Origin: Gordius albopunctatus | Taxonomy: Eukaryota | DNA: 64,000 bases | Assembly: GCA_964276515.1 (NCBI GenBank) | Contig: OZ193909.1 | Location: 9,734,001-9,798,000, forward strand | Direction: 5' to 3' | Part shown: positions 54,301-64,000 of the stretch, in pieces | How the letters are laid out: every line of letters starts with the position of its first letter | Position numbering within the stretch: position 1 is the stretch's first letter | Position numbers and translations under genes: made by a program | The notes under the pieces: generated by a model | Database searches by the model: none | What the model was told of the DNA's origin: nothing | The model's input: the letters and a program-made list of their open reading frames with translations, nothing else

Positions 54301-57300
54301 AACTTTCATGACGGCTATATTGTTGAACAAAAAAATTGAAAAAATTTTGATGTCGAAAAAAATATTTATTTTCCTATTCTTTCGAAAGGGGGATGAAAAA
54401 ATCTTTAAAATTAAGAAACTAAACTTTTCGGGTTGCGTTTAGATTGTTTCAAAATCGCTTTCTAAGCGTGTCTCTAGTTTTTGTGAAACAAACTCTATTT
54501 GATCGTGATTTAAAGTTAATAATTTTTGAGGACTGATCAAAAAATTTTTCACTAATTGACCTCTGATATCAAAAACTTTCATGACGGCTATATTGTTGAA
54601 CAAAAAAATTGAAAAATTTTTGAAGTCGAAAAAAATATTTATTTTCATATTCTATCAAAAGGGGGCTGAAAGAATCTTTAAAAGTTAGTAAATATTCTTA
54701 GCATCATGTCCTTGTTAGAATCCGTATGATAATTTTTGAACGGAGTGAGGTTTTAGATTGAGAGAAACTAAACTTTTCGTGTTGCGTTTAGATTGTTTCA
54801 AAATCGCTTTCTAAGCGTGTCTCTAGTTTTTGAGAAACAAACACTATTTGATCGTGATTTAAAGTTAATAATTTTTGAGGACGATCAAAAATTTTTCACT
54901 AATTGACCTCTGATATCAAATCTTTCATGACGGCTATATTGTTGAACAAAAAAATTGAAAAAATTTTGATGTCGAAAAAAATATTTATTTTCCTATTCTT
55001 TCGAAAGGGAGATGAAAAAATCTTTAAAATTTAGAAACTAAACTTTTCGTGTTGCGTTTAGATTGTTTCAAAATCGCTTTCTAAGCGTGTCTCTAGTTTT
55101 TGTGAAACAAACTCTATTTGATCGTGATTTAAAGATAATAATTTTTGAGGACTGATCAAAAAATTTTTTCACTAATTGACCTCTGATATCAAAAACTTTC
55201 ATGACGGCTATATTGTTGAACAAAAAAATTGAAAAATTTTTGAAGTCGAAAAAAATATTTATTTTCATATTCTATCAAAAGGGGGCTGAAAGAATCTTTA
55301 AAAGTTAGTAAATATTCTTAGCATCATGTCCTTGTTAGAATCCATATGATAATTTTTGCACCGGGTGAGGTTTTAGATTGAGAGAAACTAAACTTTTCGT
55401 GTTGCGTTTAGATTGTTTCAAAATCGCTTTCTAACCGTGTCTCTAGTTTTTGAGAAACAAACTCTATTTGATCGTGATTTAAAGTTAATAATTTTTGAGG
55501 ACGATCAAAAATTTTTCACTAATTGACCTCTGATATCAAATCTTTCATGACGGCTATATTGTTGAACAAAAAAATTGAAAAATTTTTGAAGTCGAAAAAA
55601 ATATTTATTTTCATATTCTATCAAAAGGGGGCTGAAAGAATCTTTAAAAGTTAGTAAATATTCTTAGCATCATGTCCTTGTTAGAATCCGTATGATAATT
55701 TTTGCACGGGGTGAGGTTTTAGATTGAGAGAAACTAAACTTTTCGTGTTGCGTTTAGATTGTTTCAAAATCGCTTTCTAACCGTGTCTCTAGTTTTTGAG
55801 AAACAAACTCTATTTGATCGTGATTTAAAGTTAATAATTTTTGAGGACGATCAAAAATTTTTCACTAATTGACCTCTGATATCAAATCTTTCATGACGGC
55901 TATATTGTTGAACAAAAAAATTGAAAAAATTTTGATGTCGAAAAAAATATTTATTTTCATATTCTATCGAAATGGTGCTGAAAGAATCTTTAAAATTTAG
56001 AAACTAAACTTTTCGTGTTGCGTTTAGATTGTTTCAAAATAGCTTTCTAAGCGTGTCTCTAGTTTTTGCGAAACAAACTCTATGTGATCGTGATTTAAAG
56101 TTAATAATTTTTGAGGACTGATCAAAAAAATTTTTCACTAATTGACCTCTGATATCAAAAACTTTCATGACGGCTATATTGTTGAACAAAAAAATTGAAA
56201 AATTTTTGAAGTCGAAAAAAATATTTATTTTCATATTCTATCAAAAGGGGGCTGAAAGAATCTTTAAAAGTTAGTAAATATTCTTAGCATCATGTCCTTG
56301 TTAGAATCCGTATGATAATTTTTGCACGGGGTGAGGTTTTAGATTGAGAGAAACTAAACTTTTCGTGTTGCGTTTAGATTGTTTCAAAATCGCTTTCTAA
56401 GCGTGTCTCTAGTTTTTGAGAAACAAACTCTATTTGATCGTGATTTAAAGTTAATAATTTTTGAGGACGATCAAAAAATTTTCACTAATTGACCTCTGAT
56501 ATCAAAAACTTTCATGACGGCTATATTGTTGAACAAAAAAATTGAAAAAATTTTGATGTCGAAAAAAATATTTATTTTCCTATTCTTTCGAAAGGGGGAT
56601 GAAAAAATCTTTAAAATTTAGAAACTAAACTTTTCGTGTTGCGTTTAGATTGTTTCAAAATCGCTTTCTAAGCGTGTCTCTAGTTTTTGAGAAATAAACT
56701 CTATGTGATCGTGATTTAAAGTTAATAATTTTTGAGGACTGATCAAAAAAAGTTTTCACTAATTGACCTCTGATATCATAAACTTTCATGACGGCTATAT
56801 TGTTGAACAAAAAAATTGAAAAAATTTTGATGTCGAAAAAAATATTTATTTTCATATTCTATCGAAAGGGTGCTGAAAGAATCTTTAAAATTTAGAAACT
56901 AAACTTTTCGTGTTGCGTTTAGATTGTTTCAAAATAGCTTTCTAAGCGTGTCTCTAGTTTTTGAGAAATAAACTCTATGTGATCGTGATTTAAAGTTAAT
57001 AATTTTTGAGGACTGATCAAAAAAAGTTTTCACTAATTGACCTCTGATATCATAAACTTTCATGACGGCTATATTGTTGAACAAAAAAATTGAAAAATTT
57101 TTGAAGTCGAAAAAAATATTTATTTTCATATTCTATCAAAAGGGGGCTGAAAGAATCTTTAAAAGTTAGTAAATATTCTTAGCATCATGTCCTTGTTAGA
57201 ATCCGTATGATAATTTTTGCACGGGGTGAGGTTTTAGATTGAGAGAAACTAAACTTTTGGTGTTGCGTTTAGATTGTTTCAAAATCGCTTTCTAAGCGTG

Positions 57301-60300
57301 TCTCTAGTTTTTGAGAAACAAACTCTATTTGATCGTGATTTAAAGTTAATAATTTTTGAGGACGATCAAAAATTTTTCACTAATTGACCTCTGATATCAT
57401 AAACTTTCATGACGGCTATATTGTTGAACAAAAAAATTGAAAAAATTTTGATGTCGAAAAAAATATTTATTTTCATATTCTATCGAAAGGGTGCTGAAAG
57501 AATCTTTAAAATTTAGAAACTAAACTTTTCGTGTTGCGTTTAGATTGTTTCAAAATCGCTTTCTAAGCGTGTCTCTAGTTTTTGAGAAACAAACTCTATT
57601 TGATCGTGATTTAAAGTTAATAATTTTTGAGGACGATCAAAAATTTTTCACTAATTGACCTCTGATATCAAATCTTTCATGACGGCTATATTGTTGAACA
57701 AAAAAATTGAAAAATTTTTGAAGTCGAAAAAAATATTTATTTTCATATTCTATCGAAAGGGTGCTGAAAGAATCTTTAAAATTTAGAAACTAAACTTTTC
57801 GTGTTGCGTTTAGATTGTTTCAAAATAGCTTTCTAAGCGTGTCTCTAGTTTTTGCGAAACAAACTCTATTTGATCGTGATTTAAAGTTAATAATTTTTGA
57901 GGACTGATCAAAAAATTTTTCACTAATTGACCTCTGATATCAAAAACTTTCATGACGGCTATATTGTTGAACAAAAAAATTGAAAAAATTTTGATGTCGA
58001 AAAAAATATTTATTTTCCTATTCTTTCGAAAGGGGGATGAAAAAATCTTTAAAATTTAGAAACTAAACTTTTCGTGTTGCGTTTAGATTGTTTCAAAATC
58101 GCTTTCTAAGCGTGTCTCTAGTTTTTGTGAAACAAACTCTATTTGATCGTGATTTAAAGTTAATAATTTTTGAGGACTGATCAAAAAATTTTTCACTAAT
58201 TGACCTCTGATATCAAAAACTTTCATGACGGCTATATTGTTGAACAAAAAAATTGAAAAAATTTTGATGTCGAAAAAAATATTTATTTTCCTATTCTTTC
58301 GAAAGGGGGATGAAAAAATCTTTAAAATTTAGAAACTAAACTTTTCGTGTTGCGTTTAGATTGTTTCAAAATCGCTTTCTAACCGTGTCTCTAGTTTTTG
58401 AGAAACAAACTCTATTTGATCGTGATTTAAAGTTAATAATTTTTGAGGACGATCAAAAATTTTTCACTAATTGACCTCTGATATCAAATCTTTCATGACG
58501 GCTATATTGTTGAACAAAAAAATTGAAAAAATTTTGATGTCGAAAAAAATATTTATTTTCCTATTCTTTCGAAAGGGGGATGAAAAAATCTTTAAAATTT
58601 AGAAACTAAACTTTTCGTGTTGCGTTTAGATTGTTTCAAAATCGCTTTCTAAGCGTGTCTCTAGTTTTTGTGAAACAAACTCTATTTGATCGTGATTTAA
58701 AGTTAATAATTTTTGAGGACGATCAAAAATTTTTCACTAATTGACCTCTGATATCAAATCTTTCATGACGGCTATATTGTTGAACAAAAAAATTGAAAAA
58801 TTTTTGAAGTCGAAAAAAATATTTATTTTCATATTCTATCAAAAGGGGGCTGAAAGAATCTTTAAAAGTTAGTAAATATTCTTAGCATCATGTCCTTGTT
58901 AGAATCCGTATGATAATTTTTGCACGGGGTGAGGTTTTAGATTGAGAGAAACTAAACTTTTGGTGTTGCGTTTAGATTGTTTCAAAATCGCTTTCTAAGC
59001 GTGTCTCTAGTTTTTGAGAAACAAACTCTATTTGATCGTGATTTAAAGTTAATAATTTTTGAGGACGATCAAAAATTTTTCACTAATTGACCTCTGATAT
59101 CAAAAACTTTCATGACGGCTATATTGTTGAACAAAAAAATTGAAAAATTTTTGAAGTCGAAAAAAATATTTATTTTCATATTCTATCAAAAGGGGGCTGA
59201 AAGAATCTTTAAAAGTTAGTAAATATTCTTAGCATCATGTCCTTGTTAGAATCCGTATGATAATTTTTGCACGGGGTGAGGTTTTAGATTGAGAGAAACT
59301 AAACTTTTCGTGTTGCGTTTAGATTGTTTCAAAATCGCTTTCTAAGCGTGTCTCTAGTTTTTGAGAAACAAACTCTATTTGATCGTGATTTAAAGTTAAT
59401 AATTTTTGAGGACGATCAAAAATTTTTCACTAATTGACCTCTGATATCAAATCTTTCATGACGGCTATATTGTTGAACAAAAAAATTGAAAAATTTTTGA
59501 AGTCGAAAAAAATATTTATTTTCATATTCTATCAAAAGGGGGCTGAAAGAATCTTTAAAAGTTAGTAAATATTCTTAGCATCATGTCCTTGTTAGAATCC
59601 GTATGATAATTTTTGCACGGGGTGAGGTTTTAGATTGAGAGAAACTAAACTTTTCGTGTTGCGTTTAGATTGTTTCAAAATCGCTTTCTAAGCGTGTCTC
59701 TAGTTTTTGAGAAACAAACTCTATTTGATCGTGATTTAAAGTTAATAATTTTTGAGGACGATCAAAAATTTTTCACTAATTGACCTCTGATATCAAATCT
59801 TTCATGACGGCTATATTGTTGAACAAAAAAATTGAAAAAATTTTGATGTCGAAAAAAATATTTATTTTCCTATTCTTTCGAAAGGGGGATGAAAAAATCT
59901 TTAAAATTAAGAAACTAAACTTTTCGGGTTGCGTTTAGATTGTTTCAAAATCGCTTTCTAAGCGTGTCTCTAGTTTTTGTGAAACAAACTCTATTTGATC
60001 GTGATTTAAAGTTAATAATTTTTGAGGACTGATCAAAAAATTTTTCACTAATTGACCTCTGATATCAAATCTTTCATGACGGCTATATTGTTGAACAAAA
60101 AAATTGAAAAAATTTTGATGTCGAAAAAAATATTTATTTTCATATTCTATCAAAAGGGGGCTGAAAGAATCTTTAAAAGTTAGTAAATATTCTTAGCATC
60201 ATGTCTTGTTAGAATCCGTATGATAATTTTTGCACGGGGTGAGGTTTTAGATTGAGAGAAACTAAACTTTTCGTGTTGCGTTTAGATTGTTTCAAAATCG

Positions 60301-63300
60301 CTTTCTAAGCGTGTCTCTAGTTTTTGTGAAACAAACTCTATTTGATCGTGATTTAAAGTTAATAATTTTTGAGGACTGATCAAAAAATTTTTCACTAATT
60401 GACCTCTGATATCAAAAACTTTCATGACGGCTATATTGTTGAACAAAAAAATTGAAAAATTTTTGAAGTCGAAAAAAATATTTATTTTCATATTCTATCA
60501 AAAGGGGGCTGAAAGAATCTTTAAAAGTTAGTAAATATTCTTAGCATCATGTCCTTGTTAGAATCCGTATGATAATTTTTGAACGGAGTGAGGTTTTAGA
60601 TTGAGAGAAACTAAACTTTTCGTGTTGCGTTTAGATTGTTTCAAAATCGCTTTCTAAGCGTGTCTCTAGTTTTTGAGAAACAAACTCTATTTGATCGTGA
60701 TTTAAAGTTAATAATTTTTGAGGACGATCAAAAATTTTTCACTAATTGACCTCTAATATCAAATCTTTCATGACGGCTATATTGTTGAACAAAAAAATTG
60801 AAAAAATTTTGATGTCGAAAAAAATATTTATTTTCCTATTCTTTCGAAAGGGTGATGAAAAAATCTTTAAAATTTAGAAACTAAACTTTTCGTGTTGCGT
60901 TTAGATTGTTTCAAAATCGCTTTCTAAGCGTGTCTCTAGTTTTTGTGAAACAAACTCTATTTGATCGTGATTTAAAGTTAATAATTTTTGAGGACTGATC
61001 AAAAAATTTTTCACTAATTGACCTCTGATATCAAAAACTTTCATGACGGCTATATTGTTGAACAAAAAAATTGAAAAAATTTTGATGTCGAAAAAAATAT
61101 TTATTTTCCTATTCTTTCGAAAGGGGGATGAAAAAATCTTTAAAATTAAGAAACTAAACTTTTCGGGTTGCGTTTAGATTGTTTCAAAATCGCTTTCTAA
61201 GCGTGTCTCTAGTTTTTGTGAAACAAACTCTATTTGATCGTGATTTAAAGTTAATAATTTTTGAGGACTGATCAAAAAATTTTTCACTAATTGACCTCTG
61301 ATATCAAAAACTTTCATGACGGCTATATTGTTGAACAAAAAAATTGAAAAATTTTTGAAGTCGAAAAAAATATTTATTTTCATATTCTATCAAAAGGGGG
61401 CTGAAAGAATCTTTAAAAGTTAGTAAATATTCTTAGCATCATGTCCTTGTTAGAATCCGTATGATAATTTTTGAACGGAGTGAGGTTTTAGATTGAGAGA
61501 AACTAAACTTTTCGTGTTGCGTTTAGATTGTTTCAAAATCGCTTTCTAAGCGTGTCTCTAGTTTTTGAGAAACAAACACTATTTGATCGTGATTTAAAGT
61601 TAATAATTTTTGAGGACGATCAAAAATTTTTCACTAATTGACCTCTGATATCAAATCTTTCATGACGGCTATATTGTTGAACAAAAAAATTGAAAAAATT
61701 TTGATGTCGAAAAAAATATTTATTTTCCTATTCTTTCGAAAGGGAGATGAAAAAATCTTTAAAATTTAGAAACTAAACTTTTCGTGTTGCGTTTAGATTG
61801 TTTCAAAATCGCTTTCTAAGCGTGTCTCTAGTTTTTGTGAAACAAACTCTATTTGATCGTGATTTAAAGATAATAATTTTTGAGGACTGATCAAAAAATT
61901 TTTTCACTAATTGACCTCTGATATCAAAAACTTTCATGACGGCTATATTGTTGAACAAAAAAATTGAAAAATTTTTGAAGTCGAAAAAAATATTTATTTT
62001 CATATTCTATCAAAAGGGGGCTGAAAGAATCTTTAAAAGTTAGTAAATATTCTTAGCATCATGTCCTTGTTAGAATCCATATGATAATTTTTGCACCGGG
62101 TGAGGTTTTAGATTGAGAGAAACTAAACTTTTCGTGTTGCGTTTAGATTGTTTCAAAATCGCTTTCTAACCGTGTCTCTAGTTTTTGAGAAACAAACTCT
62201 ATTTGATCGTGATTTAAAGTTAATAATTTTTGAGGACGATCAAAAATTTTTCACTAATTGACCTCTGATATCAAATCTTTCATGACGGCTATATTGTTGA
62301 ACAAAAAAATTGAAAAATTTTTGAAGTCGAAAAAAATATTTATTTTCATATTCTATCAAAAGGGGGCTGAAAGAATCTTTAAAAGTTAGTAAATATTCTT
62401 AGCATCATGTCCTTGTTAGAATCCGTATGATAATTTTTGCACGGGGTGAGGTTTTAGATTGAGAGAAACTAAACTTTTCGTGTTGCGTTTAGATTGTTTC
62501 AAAATCGCTTTCTAACCGTGTCTCTAGTTTTTGAGAAACAAACTCTATTTGATCGTGATTTAAAGTTAATAATTTTTGAGGACGATCAAAAATTTTTCAC
62601 TAATTGACCTCTGATATCAAATCTTTCATGACGGCTATATTGTTGAACAAAAAAATTGAAAAAATTTTGATGTCGAAAAAAATATTTATTTTCATATTCT
62701 ATCGAAATGGTGCTGAAAGAATCTTTAAAATTTAGAAACTAAACTTTTCGTGTTGCGTTTAGATTGTTTCAAAATAGCTTTCTAAGCGTGTCTCTAGTTT
62801 TTGCGAAACAAACTCTATGTGATCGTGATTTAAAGTTAATAATTTTTGAGGACTGATCAAAAAAATTTTTCACTAATTGACCTCTGATATCAAAAACTTT
62901 CATGACGGCTATATTGTTGAACAAAAAAATTGAAAAATTTTTGAAGTCGAAAAAAATATTTATTTTCATATTCTATCAAAAGGGGGCTGAAAGAATCTTT
63001 AAAAGTTAGTAAATATTCTTAGCATCATGTCCTTGTTAGAATCCGTATGATAATTTTTGCACGGGGTGAGGTTTTAGATTGAGAGAAACTAAACTTTTCG
63101 TGTTGCGTTTAGATTGTTTCAAAATCGCTTTCTAAGCGTGTCTCTAGTTTTTGAGAAACAAACTCTATTTGATCGTGATTTAAAGTTAATAATTTTTGAG
63201 GACGATCAAAAAATTTTCACTAATTGACCTCTGATATCAAAAACTTTCATGACGGCTATATTGTTGAACAAAAAAATTGAAAAAATTTTGATGTCGAAAA

Positions 63301-64000
63301 AAATATTTATTTTCCTATTCTTTCGAAAGGGGGATGAAAAAATCTTTAAAATTTAGAAACTAAACTTTTCGTGTTGCGTTTAGATTGTTTCAAAATCGCT
63401 TTCTAAGCGTGTCTCTAGTTTTTGAGAAATAAACTCTATGTGATCGTGATTTAAAGTTAATAATTTTTGAGGACTGATCAAAAAAAGTTTTCACTAATTG
63501 ACCTCTGATATCATAAACTTTCATGACGGCTATATTGTTGAACAAAAAAATTGAAAAAATTTTGATGTCGAAAAAAATATTTATTTTCATATTCTATCGA
63601 AAGGGTGCTGAAAGAATCTTTAAAATTTAGAAACTAAACTTTTCGTGTTGCGTTTAGATTGTTTCAAAATAGCTTTCTAAGCGTGTCTCTAGTTTTTGAG
63701 AAATAAACTCTATGTGATCGTGATTTAAAGTTAATAATTTTTGAGGACTGATCAAAAAAAGTTTTCACTAATTGACCTCTGATATCATAAACTTTCATGA
63801 CGGCTATATTGTTGAACAAAAAAATTGAAAAATTTTTGAAGTCGAAAAAAATATTTATTTTCATATTCTATCAAAAGGGGGCTGAAAGAATCTTTAAAAG
63901 TTAGTAAATATTCTTAGCATCATGTCCTTGTTAGAATCCGTATGATAATTTTTGCACGGGGTGAGGTTTTAGATTGAGAGAAACTAAACTTTTGGTGTTG
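51322..64000 (+). repeat. 6735/7009-bp higher-order duplication (22 or 23 monomers)
   Basis: Private SNPs at a 6735 offset: AAACACTAT 54843/61578, GGGAGATG 55010/61745, TCCATATG 55344/62079. The upstream part is offset 7009 (ORFs 52926/59935), i.e. one more 274-bp S monomer. Confidence 0.9.

Larger units (their letters stand above)
1..64000. repeat. Tandem satellite DNA array with two interleaved monomer classes (L about 346-350 bp, S about 270-274 bp), roughly 205 monomers, running off both window ends
   Basis: The motif AGAAACTAAACTTTT(C/G)G(T/G)GTTGCGTTTAGATTGTTTCAAAAT recurs every ~270-274 or ~346-350 bp from about 185 to 63979 with no intervening unique sequence and no inversion. Monomers differ by only a few SNPs and homopolymer indels. 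Confidence 0.99.

Noticed and set aside
2563..63864. About 65 near-identical 63-72 aa minus-strand ORFs (MKINIFFDFKNF...) as a tandem gene family
   Set aside because: They lie at the same monomer position in only about a third of monomers. Homopolymer indels switch the C-terminal frame freely, the ATG is lost in S1 monomers (TTCCTAT), the F/K/I/N-rich composition mirrors A/T tracts, and I recognise no domain.
1..64000. CRISPR array or repeat-spacer system
   Set aside because: There are no unique spacers: the 76-bp optional segment is the same sequence each time, repeats are 270 bp or longer, and there are no cas genes.
1..64000. Tandem RNA gene cluster (5S rRNA, tRNA, snRNA, spliced leader) or rDNA spacer
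   Set aside because: I recognised no 5S, tRNA cloverleaf, Pol III A/B box or SL/snRNA sequence. An Rfam/Infernal scan would be needed to exclude this formally.
1..64000. Assignment to a known family such as Drosophila 1.688 (359/260 bp) or Tribolium TCAST on monomer size
   Set aside because: The resemblance is in size and AT content only; I cannot recognise sequence identity and cannot run a search.
1..64000. L/S order as an information-bearing code
   Set aside because: The order is adequately explained by nested duplications and monomer indels traced by shared SNPs; nothing in the sequence indicates a read-out mechanism.

Overview
The whole 64 kb window is one uninterrupted, head-to-tail, AT-rich (about 30% GC by hand count of one monomer) tandem satellite DNA array of roughly 205 monomers, all in the same orientation. 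It has no unique sequence, genes, RNA genes, transposons or CRISPR spacers. It is most likely eukaryotic centromeric or pericentromeric heterochromatin (inference); I do not recognise the satellite family. There are two monomer classes: long (L, about 346-350 bp) and short (S, about 270-274 bp). They differ by one fixed 76-bp indel and by linked diagnostic SNPs. L and S are interleaved in a non-periodic order built by nested duplications: dimers of about 620 bp, an 888-bp trimer, a 1514-bp pentamer, a 3237-bp 10-mer, and blocks repeated at offsets of 4601, 5021, 5940, 6735/7009 and 11754 bp. A switch in variant alleles at about 23-27 kb splits the array into two sub-domains. All listed ORFs are chance minus-strand frames of the monomer. 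I found no protein-coding 'system'; the interest lies in the array architecture. Block boundaries were read by eye and are approximate.
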